Positions 7,267-16,388 of a stretch of 32,000 bases of DNA are shown in pieces (positions within the stretch are counted from its first letter, which is position 1; each line of letters opens with the position of its first letter). This DNA comes from Pyrobaculum aerophilum str. IM2 (lineage in GTDB: Archaea; Thermoproteota; Thermoprotei; Thermoproteales; Thermoproteaceae), in contig NC_003364.1 in the NCBI RefSeq assembly GCF_000007225.1, forward strand, positions 1,260,001 to 1,292,000, read 5' to 3'. Under the pieces are notes generated by a model. That model saw nothing but the letters and a program-made list of their open reading frames with translations. It ran no database searches and had not been told where the DNA came from. The position numbers were made by a program, and so were the translations under genes.

Positions 7267-8229
7267 ATGCATGTTAGATCTATTACGCTCCATATAATGT
7301 GGAATGATGACTTCTCGTTAGTAGATAAGTTTTTAGAAGTCGCCGAGACGGCATCGCCTTTGACTGTTAGGGTGTCTGTGGCTCCCACGCCTCCAAGCAA
7401 GGCCGAGGGGGTTGTGAAATTGCTTAAAGATCGCGGCGTTAAGTACATATCGGCTATTCACATTTACTATAATGCGGAAGAGGTGTATCATTACGTCTCG
7501 CAATATAATATATTTGCCACTATTAGCGACGTAGTGGAATATGTAAAATTTCTCAAAATTCTCTACACGCGCGGAGAAGTACATTTATCTAGATACGTCT
7601 CCTTAGTACTCGGCGGCGCTGTTTATAACTCGCCCTATTTCCCAGCCTCTATTACGACTAAAAAGGGCATTTCAATATCTCTGCTCTACCCGAACGACTT
7701 AAATAATATAGACGATGTAGAGAGAGCGCTGAAAAAGGGAGAGGAGATCGGGCGGCACATTGCGTCTATAATTGGCGTGGAATTTCTCGGCGTAGACGGC
7801 TCGCTTTCTCCCTGGGGAGAGGAGAGCGTCGCCAAGGCAGTAGAAAGACTCTTCGGCGTAAGGCTCGGAGAGCCGGGATCTCACTACGCAATCCGTAAAC
7901 TAAATAACGCCATAGAGGAGGCGAGGGTTAAAAAGGTGGGATTCAACGAGGTGATGCTCCCCCTGGCGGAGGACGAGGAGTTGAAAAGACTTGTTAAAAA
8001 CGGGGCTCTGAACTTAGATAAGTTTATCAGTTACACCTCAGTTTGTATCCCAGGTCTCGACATGGCTCCCATAAGAATAAAAGACTGGGAGTTGTTGAAA
8101 AGAGCTCTGTACGATTTGGCGGCTATAGCGGAGACAAAGGGCAGGCCCATTGGCGTTAGAATCTTCCCCGTAGACGCCGAAGAGTACTACATAGAGGGCT
8201 TCGGCCCAACTCCAGCACTCCTCTTGTAA
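7267..8229 (+). CDS. UPF0210/DUF711 family protein
   Basis: It has an N-terminal VRSITLHI block (compare IRTxT), GVDGSLSPW, and the block VGFNEVMLPLAEDEEL...YTSVCIPGLDMAPI...RPIGVRIFPV. Together these match the family signature (GfcG.MLPV.ED...YS.VCGtGLD..P...KPL.aRl.P). Confidence 0.75.
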   Translation: MHVRSITLHIMWNDDFSLVDKFLEVAETASPLTVRVSVAPTPPSKAEGVVKLLKDRGVKYISAIHIYYNAEEVYHYVSQYNIFATISDVVEYVKFLKILYTRGEVHLSRYVSLVLGGAVYNSPYFPASITTKKGISISLLYPNDLNNIDDVERALKKGEEIGRHIASIIGVEFLGVDGSLSPWGEESVAKAVERLFGVRLGEPGSHYAIRKLNNAIEEARVKKVGFNEVMLPLAEDEELKRLVKNGALNLDKFISYTSVCIPGLDMAPIRIKDWELLKRALYDLAAIAETKGRPIGVRIFPVDAEEYYIEGFGPTPALLL

Positions 8230-8259
8230 AATTAAAAAATTGAGAGGGAGAGTTGTGCG

Positions 8260-8823
8260 GTGATCCGCCATTTAATGCTCTCGCAGAAATACGTCAAGGC
8301 GCTACTTGACGGAAGAAAGAGAAGCACTATTAGGCCAGGGGTTTTAAAGGTGGCCGACAGAGTTTATATCCACAGCATGGGGAAAATAGTAGCAATTGCT
8401 GAAGTGGAACAAGTGGCCTATAAGCGGGTTTCAGAGCTTACTGATGAAGACGCCATAATTGACGGCTTTAACTCAAGGGCAGAGCTTATCTCCTATCTGA
8501 AGAGGAGGTATCCAGGCCTCCGGGATAGTGCAATAGTCACTATCGTAAAATTCCGCAAAGTGGAGAAAGTGGACATGCCCGAAGACGCCCATTACGGCGG
8601 CATGACTCCTGTGGAGATAGCGACACTTGCATTGAACCGCCTTAAGTTGAGCCCTCGAGAGCAGAGAATATTAAAGGCAGTGGTGGAGGCCGGCAGTCTC
8701 AGAAAAGCGGCCTTAAAGATATTTGGCACTGTGGAAAAGAGGGGGGTTATTAGAAGGGTTTTAAGGAAAGCAGCTATGATGTTAACTCATGGAGGTTTGG
8801 GAGGCGAAACAGAAAGCAATTAA
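8260..8823 (+). CDS. ASCH (PUA-like) domain protein with a C-terminal LuxR/sigma-r4-like HTH
   Basis: The N-terminal pattern fits ASCH: KYVKALLDGRKRSTIRPG...GDxV..., then DAIIDGFNSRAELISYLKRRYPG. The C-terminal LSPREQRILKAVVEAGSLRKAALKI resembles an HTH. An AT-rich box (about 8229-8244) lies about 25 nt upstream of GTG 8260. Confidence 0.7.
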   Translation: MIRHLMLSQKYVKALLDGRKRSTIRPGVLKVADRVYIHSMGKIVAIAEVEQVAYKRVSELTDEDAIIDGFNSRAELISYLKRRYPGLRDSAIVTIVKFRKVEKVDMPEDAHYGGMTPVEIATLALNRLKLSPREQRILKAVVEAGSLRKAALKIFGTVEKRGVIRRVLRKAAMMLTHGGLGGETESN

Positions 8824-9859
8824 AGTATTGGAGGAAAAACTAGAAGAGGAGGAGAGGACCGAGGCGAGGCGGGATCACCATGCTAAGAGGCCTCCAAGGC
8901 CTTGCGGCATTACTGTTCACACAGGCGTTGGCTGCCCCCTCGCCTGTGCCTACTGTTATATTTACGACATGGGGTTTCCGGGTAGCGTCAAGCCTTACAA
9001 GCTCACCCCTTTGCAAATAGCTTATGCAATTGCAACAAACCCATATGTCGCCGTAGGCGCTTGGGGCACTCTCGTGGCTGTGGGATCCGTGACAGAGCCC
9101 TTCCTCCCGGAGACGAGGGAAAAGGCAGTTGGGTATATGAGGGCGATAGCCGAGTACTTGGGAAATCCTATTCAAATATCGACTAAAATGCTACCGCCCC
9201 TCGAGCTTGCTGAGGTTCAGAGAGGGCTTGATGTTTTGATAAGCGTCACTGATCTAGAGGGGAGGCTTGAGCCCAAGGCCCCGAGGCCTGTGGATAGGTT
9301 AATGGCAGGCGCCGAGCTACTAAAAAGGGGGATTAGCGTGACGTTGTTTGTAAGGCCAATTGTCCCTGGGGTAACTGACAGGGAATTAATGCGGCTACTA
9401 ACAGCCGCGCGGGAGGCGGGATTCCGTAGAGTTATCTTCGGCACTCTGCGAGTGACAAGCGGCATTGCGGCCAGGCTTAGGGCTTACGGCGTAAACGTTA
9501 TGCCGTATGTAAAAGAGTTGCATCCAACTAGGCAGATACCCATTAAATACCCGAAGGACAGACTCATATCCGCCGCTAAGGATCTGGGCTTTGAGGTTCT
9601 CCCGGCATCGTGCGCGTCAAACGTGAGGGCTCACTGTCAGGCATGTGCCCTCTGCCGCTGGGGGCCTTGCGGCGATATCAACAAACTGAGGGCGAATTTA
9701 GAAGACGTGATGGAGTATTTAGAATGGCGAGGCTATAAGCACGTAGATATTGAGATGAGGAATCTGTCAATACGCGTTAACGTAAAGATAGACCGTAGAG
9801 ATAAGATATTTTTAGAACAAGCGACAAGGCTGCCTGTAGAGACGGGGAGACGCGATTAA
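8789..9859 (+). CDS. Radical SAM protein, SplB / DNA-repair-photolyase-like (COG1533-type)
   Basis: The motif GVGCPLACAYCY (C-x3-C-x2-C) follows a roughly 45-aa charged leader. The TIM-barrel-like alternation and the C-terminal Cys cluster (CQACALCRWGPC) also fit. The gene overlaps the upstream ASCH gene by 35 nt. Confidence 0.75.
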   Translation: MEVWEAKQKAIKVLEEKLEEEERTEARRDHHAKRPPRPCGITVHTGVGCPLACAYCYIYDMGFPGSVKPYKLTPLQIAYAIATNPYVAVGAWGTLVAVGSVTEPFLPETREKAVGYMRAIAEYLGNPIQISTKMLPPLELAEVQRGLDVLISVTDLEGRLEPKAPRPVDRLMAGAELLKRGISVTLFVRPIVPGVTDRELMRLLTAAREAGFRRVIFGTLRVTSGIAARLRAYGVNVMPYVKELHPTRQIPIKYPKDRLISAAKDLGFEVLPASCASNVRAHCQACALCRWGPCGDINKLRANLEDVMEYLEWRGYKHVDIEMRNLSIRVNVKIDRRDKIFLEQATRLPVETGRRD

Positions 9860-11022
9860 AAACGCCCCGCTATTCTTTTCTGGACGTTTGTGGGCCACAT
9901 GAGATAGCTGAGAGCCCCCGGCGTTTTAGATAAAAGCGCGGTCAAAACCGCCTCAACGAGATCAGGACTGACTCTGACGTACTGATCCACTGCGTCTAGG
10001 ATTTGCGGGTATCCCGTAATTGAAGAGGCCGTGGACGCCAAAAAAGACACTATCTTATCAACGCCTATATTCCCGCTGTCAAAAACCTCAACCCTTACGG
10101 CAGTTCTGTGGCCAGGAGGCACGTAATACACAACCTCGACGTCTCCCAGCCCGCGTAAGTAGGGGTATGTCGCAGAAGTCAGCACCTCGTCGAAATTTTT
10201 GTCAAATTCTTGTAATCTGCGGCACAATCTTTCGCCCTTTGGGCTTAACTTCGCCGATTCGCCACGGTAGCATTTCAGTATTGCCTCTTTTTCACCCCCG
10301 CCCTCACAGTCGGCGTAGTGTATTAAAGCCCATTTTGGCAGTAAGTCCCTCAGCTTGCCTATGGAGAAGTACTCCCCTGGTTGCAACATGGCGGAAGCCG
10401 TTATCTTGTCGTTTACTGGAAGGCATCTGCCGGCGAGGACTGACAAGTACCGAGACCTCACTCTTTTGGCGATGGCCACAACGCTCGTCCTGCTTTCAAT
10501 TGCCCAGCGGAGAAGTCTATTTACGACTTTATTGACCTCCTCGTATTTTCCGCCCTTAACTGCGAGGTTAAACGGCAACGGGTGTATGGCTATTTCTCCG
10601 TCTAAGACCAAGAGGTCAAGTTGTTTCTCCCCCCTTATTTTCGCCTCTAATAGCCTAGCCGCCAGGCGTTTTTCAAGCAACGCGGCGAATCTCGATATAT
10701 CGCCCTCTCTCCCATCGCTGAAATATAAAGCGCCTGTTAAAAACCTATCTTGCACCCCCTTAGAAATCCCCACATAGCCATACGCAACAACTGTAAAAAC
10801 GCCGCCGATAAGCTCCAGCGGGGGAGAGCCGTAGGAGGAGTCAACCGCGTAGACGTCAAGACTGCGCGCCGGTCCCAGTCGCCTTACATCTACAAATTTT
10901 CTAAGAGAGGAAAGCTCCTCTAACACCCCCCGCAGTTTTGAAATCTTCTCTGCGTACTTCTCTACGTCATGTCTAAGCGCTATAATTAAATCGGGCTCGA
11001 CCCAGAAGTCAAGCGTCTCCAT
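9856..11022 (-). CDS. NurA-domain nuclease-like protein, 388 aa
   Basis: The NurA-type blocks are present in the expected order: VYAVDSSYG (catalytic Asp region), LLVLDGEIA, VVAIAKRVRSRYL and GYPQILDAVDQYVRVS. The start codon overlaps the upstream stop as TAATG at 11020-11024. Confidence 0.75.
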   Translation of the reverse strand: METLDFWVEPDLIIALRHDVEKYAEKISKLRGVLEELSSLRKFVDVRRLGPARSLDVYAVDSSYGSPPLELIGGVFTVVAYGYVGISKGVQDRFLTGALYFSDGREGDISRFAALLEKRLAARLLEAKIRGEKQLDLLVLDGEIAIHPLPFNLAVKGGKYEEVNKVVNRLLRWAIESRTSVVAIAKRVRSRYLSVLAGRCLPVNDKITASAMLQPGEYFSIGKLRDLLPKWALIHYADCEGGGEKEAILKCYRGESAKLSPKGERLCRRLQEFDKNFDEVLTSATYPYLRGLGDVEVVYYVPPGHRTAVRVEVFDSGNIGVDKIVSFLASTASSITGYPQILDAVDQYVRVSPDLVEAVLTALLSKTPGALSYLMWPTNVQKRIAGRF

Positions 11023-12380
11023 TACGCCACCTCCCGCGTTTTTATCAATACAGGCTTTCTCAACGGGTTCATAAGACCAGCCACAAAAAACTCCCTGGGC
11101 TGTAACTGCGCCAACACGCTTTCGTTTACATCGGCTAGGTCGAGGTAAGTGGATATCTCTCTCACGTCTGTAGGAGCTGTGAGCCGCGAGAAGAACACAG
11201 TGCCGAGGTTAGCCCTAATTGAGGGATCTATATCGCCTGCAATTCGCTGGCTTGCTAACACGATTGAAAGGCCCCACTTCCTGCCCTCTCTGACTGTCGT
11301 TTCAACGGCGTCTTTTGAAATCGTCCATGTCTGCGGGGCGTAGTTCTGCGCCTCGTCAATAACAAAGACCGTATTGGCAGGGGCCTTTTCCCTCTTTACT
11401 TTTGACCACGCGGCTTCAATTACTGAGGCTATAATTGCCTGTTTCACTGAGAGGTCTGTGTCGAAACTTAAATCCACTATGATGGGGGAGGGCTCTAAGG
11501 AGAGAATTTCCTCCGGCGTCTTCACCCTGTTGTTAAGCTCTTCAAAGAACTCGCTTCTCACTAGCTGTTTTAAGTACAACTCCACCTTTTCTATTGTCGA
11601 GTCCCGCGCGTTTAACCTTTTCATAACTCTCCTAATATGGGCTATAAAAGCCTCTTTTGACCACTTCCCCTCGTAGGTCATAGTTGCAATTTCTAGGTAT
11701 TCCCCGTGAGTCTGCCATTGTAACTGGGCCACCTTGGCTATTACCGAGGCGAGTATATTCTGCGGTATTTTAATCTCGCTCGATTTTATCACTGTTGTGT
11801 AATACGGCGCATAGTCAACTCCCGTGTGGTCAAAGACTATAATCTTATACCCCTTGGAGGCCAACTCGTTTACTAAAGCCCTCACAAGTCGGGACTTGCC
11901 GACGCCCGTGGCGCCGAAGACGCCTACGTGGTGTGTTATATACCGCGCGTCAAGTGGAAGGGGCCAGCCGGAATATTTATGCTCGCCCACGTGAATATAA
12001 TCGCCCCTAAAGGCCTTTTCCAATACAGAGGCGTTGAGGAGGTATACCTTAGACCCCGGCGTCACGACGTTAGTCACCTCCGTCAGCTTTCCCTCCCTAA
12101 TTGCGACATACGGCTTAACAATTGCAGAGGTGTACGGGAGTAAAATTCCGTAATCCACCATTTCAGGCTTGTCGACGTAAGGAGTTCTTACCCTATCTCT
12201 AATCACGGGCTCTAATTTCGTCACGCGGCGCAGAAAGCCCACGATAATCTCTCCGGGGTTCTCCCGATCCACAACGCCGACTAGTTGCTCCTCAACTGCG
12301 TACGGCTCCGCAGAGCGGTATATTTGGACGGGGATGGAGCCAATAGTAGACCCGCTTACAACTATTCCAATTTCTTTCAC
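11022..12380 (-). CDS. HerA-like (DUF87/COG0433) hexameric ATPase/translocase, 452 aa
   Basis: It has an N-terminal HAS-barrel-like segment (IGIVVSGSTIGSIPVQI...GEIIVGFLRRV), a Walker A motif (GATGVGKS) and a Walker B motif (VFVIDEAQNY). The ASQR...D tail is typical of HerA/FtsK-class ATPases. The start codon is GTG. Confidence 0.8.
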   Translation of the reverse strand: MKEIGIVVSGSTIGSIPVQIYRSAEPYAVEEQLVGVVDRENPGEIIVGFLRRVTKLEPVIRDRVRTPYVDKPEMVDYGILLPYTSAIVKPYVAIREGKLTEVTNVVTPGSKVYLLNASVLEKAFRGDYIHVGEHKYSGWPLPLDARYITHHVGVFGATGVGKSRLVRALVNELASKGYKIIVFDHTGVDYAPYYTTVIKSSEIKIPQNILASVIAKVAQLQWQTHGEYLEIATMTYEGKWSKEAFIAHIRRVMKRLNARDSTIEKVELYLKQLVRSEFFEELNNRVKTPEEILSLEPSPIIVDLSFDTDLSVKQAIIASVIEAAWSKVKREKAPANTVFVIDEAQNYAPQTWTISKDAVETTVREGRKWGLSIVLASQRIAGDIDPSIRANLGTVFFSRLTAPTDVREISTYLDLADVNESVLAQLQPREFFVAGLMNPLRKPVLIKTREVA

Positions 12381-12398
12381 AATTGTCTATAAGACCCA

Positions 12399-12407
12399 CT
12401 ATAAAAG
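12399..12407 (-). promoter_or_regulatory. TATA-like box for the HerA-like/NurA-like pair
   Basis: Minus-strand CTTTTATAG is centred about 23 nt upstream of GTG 12380. It overlaps the ribK stop codon. Confidence 0.4.
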
Positions 12408-13031
12408 AATCTCCACCTCCACAATATCGCCGTCTTTTAGGTTCAGCGCATCGCGCAGTTTCACTGGGGCGATGATCTCAATGACGTCTGTGGGGTGGTG
12501 CGTGCGCTCGGGCATCACCACAGCCCCCTCTACTCCGTTTATCTTAGCTTTAAACGCCTTAACGCCGCCGTAAGTCCTTAGCCCATTTGTAAAACCTGGG
12601 ATCACAATGCCGGGAAGGCCGTCTAAATATCTTCTGTACGGCAAATACTGGGGGTCCAGCTTTATGTTTAAAGTGCCGGGAAATGGCGTGAAGCCCAGTT
12701 TTTCTTCTATTGCTCTGCGGTATCCCTCTAGGGATATGTAAAAAGCCCCCTCCCCCAAGCCGCTGATTACGCGGCCTATGAGTCTGATAGAGGCTATGTT
12801 AAAATAGCGCAGTAGGTCTCTGAGCACAGAGCTTAAGAGGTCTCTTCCCTTTTGCGTTATTTTAATTAAAGGGCCCTCTGCGACATATCCTTCGTTTCTC
12901 AACTGTTTTAACAGCTTGTACAGCCCCTGTCGCGTTACACACAGCCTCTTAGCCGCCTCAGCCACTGGAAGCCCCTCCACGTAAGACAAGGCTATTAAAT
13001 CGCCTATTAAACGCCTTTCTTTACACTCCAT
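12399..13031 (-). CDS. ribK: CTP-dependent riboflavin kinase with an N-terminal winged-HTH domain
   Basis: The C-terminal domain carries GEGAFYISLEGY, FPGTLN and PERTHHP motifs, as in archaeal MJ0056-type RibK. The N-terminal roughly 80 aa are HTH-like. Confidence 0.85.
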   Translation of the reverse strand: MECKERRLIGDLIALSYVEGLPVAEAAKRLCVTRQGLYKLLKQLRNEGYVAEGPLIKITQKGRDLLSSVLRDLLRYFNIASIRLIGRVISGLGEGAFYISLEGYRRAIEEKLGFTPFPGTLNIKLDPQYLPYRRYLDGLPGIVIPGFTNGLRTYGGVKAFKAKINGVEGAVVMPERTHHPTDVIEIIAPVKLRDALNLKDGDIVEVEILL

Positions 13032-13594
13032 AGCTCTACAATATCCATTAACGTTTTATAAAACGTGGCCTTGGCTAAATCGGCAACTACTTCTATTCTG
13101 TTAACGGCCTCTGCCAAGTCTCTGCCCACGGCAACCACGCCGTGGCGTTTTAAAATAGCCACATTGGCTTTTTCAAGCGCCGCCGCGACTGCCTCTGCAA
13201 GCTCCGCAGTGCCAGGCGGGAGATAAGGCACTATAGATATGCCGGAGCCTAAATACGCCTCAGCCTCCGAGAGGAGGGAGGCGTCTATCCTATCGGCGAG
13301 CAGAACAGGCAACACGTCGTGGGTGTGGACTACTGCCCTCACGTCGCTCCTCCTCTTGTATATAGCAACATGCATGCGCCATTCGCTCGTTGGCTTACGG
13401 CTACCTCTTACTACCTCTCCGTTAAAGTTGATCCACACCAAGTCGCCGGGCTCTAAAAAGGGCTTTGGGTATGAGGTCGGGGTGACTATAAGGAGCTCGC
13501 CAACTACCACAGACACGTTTCCAGAGAGGAGAGTTAAATGGCCTCTGTTATACAGCAAGTGTGTATACTTGAGGAATTCGTCTACTATTGACAT
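13007..13594 (-). CDS. Class II aldolase/adducin-family protein (L-fuculose-phosphate-aldolase-like)
   Basis: 195 aa with the patterns GNVSV, TPTS, SEWRMHVAIY, AVVHTH and LKRHGVVAVG, which are typical of this family. It overlaps ribK by 25 nt. Confidence 0.8.
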   Translation of the reverse strand: MSIVDEFLKYTHLLYNRGHLTLLSGNVSVVVGELLIVTPTSYPKPFLEPGDLVWINFNGEVVRGSRKPTSEWRMHVAIYKRRSDVRAVVHTHDVLPVLLADRIDASLLSEAEAYLGSGISIVPYLPPGTAELAEAVAAALEKANVAILKRHGVVAVGRDLAEAVNRIEVVADLAKATFYKTLMDIVELWSVKKGV

Positions 13595-13629
13595 GCAAAA
13601 CGGTGAGTTGACGTATTTGTATTTTTCCG

Positions 13630-14991
13630 TTACGCCGTGGGCAACGGGCCAAGGCCTATTTTCTCGCGGAACTCGTTGTACTTCTTAACCACCTCAGCAT
13701 GCCACCTCTCGAGGCCTGCTCTGTCCTCTGGATACGCCAAGTAGAGGTCGCCGATCTCTTTGGCGTATTGAATAGAAGTGCTGAGCTTTCTCAAAAGCGC
13801 CGGCCTGCCTAAAAACTGCATCATCACCTTGAACTTGTCCAGGAGGGACAAATTAGTGCCCTTGGCGGCCAGGTGGTAAATCTCGTCCTCAGTCAGAATT
13901 TTACGGGACAAGCCGAAGTTTAAATCGTCGTTATCAAGCGTTTGAAGCATAAGTCTAAGAACGTCCAGCTGGGCTTGTCTGTATCCCCACTCCCTCATGT
14001 ACAACACGTTGTACTCCCAAAGCGTCTTTTCTGAGAAGTCCCCCTTCTCAAACGCCTTTGTTATAACCTTAGAGGACAGCTCGGCGGTTAGCAAAGCTTG
14101 CCCAATGCCGCCGCCGTGTATTGGGTTTACTGCAGCCGCGGCATCGCCAAGGGCCACTATGCCGTTTCCCACTAGGGATTTCAAAGGCCTCCTGGTGGGG
14201 ATAAAGCCGCCTCCAATGTGGTACTTCCCCCTCACTTTAAACTTAGGGAGGATGAACTTCTCGTAGTTAATTCTGGGGTTCTGCTTTAGTATTCCCCATA
14301 TGCCGAGGCCGACGTTAAGCATAGTGGCGTTTCTGGGGAAAATCCACCAGTAGCCCCCAGGCGCCACTACCATGTCCAGATATATTTTGATATACTGGGG
14401 GTTTTCAAGGGGCTCTTCTGAGTATATAATCTCTCTATATGCGTGGGAAACGTCCTCTGGGTGTAGAGGCTCTGATACGAGCCAGCCTATGAGTTTGCTT
14501 CGCAACACAGCGGCAGATCCCGTTGAGTCTATCACCACCCTCGCCCTGAACTCTTTAGCCACGCCGCTTATCCTCTCCACAGCCTTCACGCCAACTACTG
14601 AGCCGTTTTCCACTATAGGAGCGGTAGCGGTGTGCCCCTCATACAACACGGCGCCAGCCCTCACGGCCTCTTCCACTAGCCACTTACCCCAAGCGAATCT
14701 GTCAAGGACATAGCCTTCTCCCCTGACTATTAGCGTGGTCTTCTGATCGGGGCTTATTAACTCCACGCCCTCAATTTTGTTTTGAAACACCTTTGGATTC
14801 GGCGTTAAGTATTTCGACATTCTCTCAACGTGGTGTAGGCCGAGCCCGTCGCCACATGTCTTCACCCCTATTTGATCGCCGCTTTTCGACTCTAACAAGG
14901 CTACTTTGAGTCCGGCCTTGGCGAGCAAGTAGGAGGCGTAGGCGCCAGCAGTGCCGGCGCCTGCCACCACTACATCGTATTGCTCTGTCAT
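13630..14991 (-). CDS. Geranylgeranyl reductase family flavoprotein (digeranylgeranylglycerophospholipid-reductase-like)
   Basis: The N-terminus has a YDVVVAGAGTAGAYASYLLAKAG Rossmann FAD motif. GDAAAAVNPIHGGGIG is also present. The protein is 453 aa. Confidence 0.85.
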   Translation of the reverse strand: MTEQYDVVVAGAGTAGAYASYLLAKAGLKVALLESKSGDQIGVKTCGDGLGLHHVERMSKYLTPNPKVFQNKIEGVELISPDQKTTLIVRGEGYVLDRFAWGKWLVEEAVRAGAVLYEGHTATAPIVENGSVVGVKAVERISGVAKEFRARVVIDSTGSAAVLRSKLIGWLVSEPLHPEDVSHAYREIIYSEEPLENPQYIKIYLDMVVAPGGYWWIFPRNATMLNVGLGIWGILKQNPRINYEKFILPKFKVRGKYHIGGGFIPTRRPLKSLVGNGIVALGDAAAAVNPIHGGGIGQALLTAELSSKVITKAFEKGDFSEKTLWEYNVLYMREWGYRQAQLDVLRLMLQTLDNDDLNFGLSRKILTEDEIYHLAAKGTNLSLLDKFKVMMQFLGRPALLRKLSTSIQYAKEIGDLYLAYPEDRAGLERWHAEVVKKYNEFREKIGLGPLPTA

Positions 14992-15023
14992 ATTAGATCA
15001 CGCGATTGGTGGTATTAAAAAAT

Positions 15024-15701
15024 TTAGACTTTTAAAACGTCGCCGGGCTTCATGACAAAAACCTTGGCCCTAGACACCGCCTCAACCCGCGCCTTGAAGT
15101 CCTCCGGATCTTGTTTAATCAGGGGGAAAGTGTTATAATGCATCGGCACGACTCTTCTAGCCCGTAGAAGCTGTGTGGCTATCGCCGCCTCGCGGGGGCC
15201 CATGGTGAACACGCTCCCTATGGGCAACAGCGCTACGTCAATGTCGTAAAGCTCACCGATGAGCTCCATGTCTCTGAAAAGCGCCGTGTCTCCGGCGTGG
15301 TAAACAGTTCCCTCTGGAGTGGCGATCACAAAGCCAGACGGCGCTCCTCTGTTTGCCGTATGCAACGCAGGCGTCATGTAGAGCTCAATGCCGTCTCCCA
15401 GTTTTATAGTCCCGCCTATGTTCATAGGCATAGTCTGCGCCTCGGGAATTCCCTTCTCAGCCACCTCAAGGGTCAGCTCAAAAGTGCCTACTATCGGGGC
15501 CTTTGTGGCCTTGGCTATATCCACGGCCTCCCCCATGTGGTCAAAATGATCATGGGTGATCATAATGTGAGTGGGCCGGGCGTTAATGACGTCTTGCGGT
15601 GTTGCGGGAGAGAGTGGGTTAGATATCCAGGGATCTATCAACAACCTAGCCCCTCCTACCTCTACCATGAACGCCGCATGTCCAAACCATTTAATCTGCA
15701 T
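15024..15701 (-). CDS. UPF0173 metallo-beta-lactamase-fold metal-dependent hydrolase
   Basis: The sequence MQIKWFGHAAFMVE..G..LLIDPW, then ITHDHFDH and YHAGDT, fits the family. Confidence 0.85.
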   Translation of the reverse strand: MQIKWFGHAAFMVEVGGARLLIDPWISNPLSPATPQDVINARPTHIMITHDHFDHMGEAVDIAKATKAPIVGTFELTLEVAEKGIPEAQTMPMNIGGTIKLGDGIELYMTPALHTANRGAPSGFVIATPEGTVYHAGDTALFRDMELIGELYDIDVALLPIGSVFTMGPREAAIATQLLRARRVVPMHYNTFPLIKQDPEDFKARVEAVSRAKVFVMKPGDVLKV

Positions 15702-15729
15702 GACGCATAGACAATTTGGGTTTTTAACT

Positions 15730-15975
15730 TTACCTCTTTTTGAGATCCAGCCTAATGGCTCTCGCGTGCGGCGCGTACACCTTCACTGAGAAATTCTTCT
15801 CCAGCTCCTTCACGATCTCGCTGAGGACTCGCCACTCTATTGGGCGGAGCAGTAGAACTTTAATGTAGTGGGTGTCTTTGGCCGGGTTATAGGTAAGTTT
15901 AACGTATTTCACAGACCCCGCTCCCAGTTTCTTCACCAATTCAATGGCTTTTTCAATCTCCTTCATGCCCGTCAT
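15730..15975 (-). CDS. Hypothetical small protein, 81 aa
   Basis: ORF-track entry on the same strand and tightly spaced within the operon-like run. No family recognised. Confidence 0.45.
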   Translation of the reverse strand: MTGMKEIEKAIELVKKLGAGSVKYVKLTYNPAKDTHYIKVLLLRPIEWRVLSEIVKELEKNFSVKVYAPHARAIRLDLKKR

Positions 15976-15986
15976 ATATTATTCAC

Positions 15987-16388
15987 TTAAAAATATCGAT
16001 CAATCGTCTGCGAGAATAATGCCTCAAGAAACGCCCTTAGCTCAACCGCCTTCTCGTACTCCTCTCTATCAATCTTGTCCCTAATCTCTAGCACCTTCCA
16101 GGGGTTTCTGCCGTATTTAACGAGCAGGTATGCCTCGCCGCCTGCCCGTTTAGCGAATACGGCAAGTTTTTCTAGCTTCTCCCGTTCTATTTTAATGGGG
16201 GTGTATTTAGAGCGGTATTTTACTTCAAATACTAACACCTTCCCTTTACATATTGCAACTACGTCTGGGACGTACCTCTTCCTAACGCCGCCGCCTGAGG
16301 AACAACCTCTGAGAACTGCACACCCCCGCTCCCAGAAGAAATTGGCCAGCTCCCTCTCCTTGGCCGATCCTTTCCGTTTGACGCTCAT
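15987..16388 (-). CDS. hjc: Holliday junction resolvase Hjc
   Basis: The sequence KGSAKERELANFFWERGCAVLRGCSSGG...PDVVAI..GKVLVFEVKYRS fits the archaeal Hjc pattern (E...D...EVK). I place the start at the internal ATG 16386-16388 (MSVKRKG), which forms an ATGA overlap with the upstream gene stop. Confidence 0.85.
   Translation of the reverse strand: MSVKRKGSAKERELANFFWERGCAVLRGCSSGGGVRKRYVPDVVAICKGKVLVFEVKYRSKYTPIKIEREKLEKLAVFAKRAGGEAYLLVKYGRNPWKVLEIRDKIDREEYEKAVELRAFLEALFSQTIDRYF

Noticed and set aside
10020-10777. Plus-strand ORFs 10020-10535 and 10355-10777
   Set aside because: They are antisense to the NurA-like gene, which has clear family motifs. Their translations are low-complexity and Arg/Ser/Pro-rich, which is typical of shadow ORFs.
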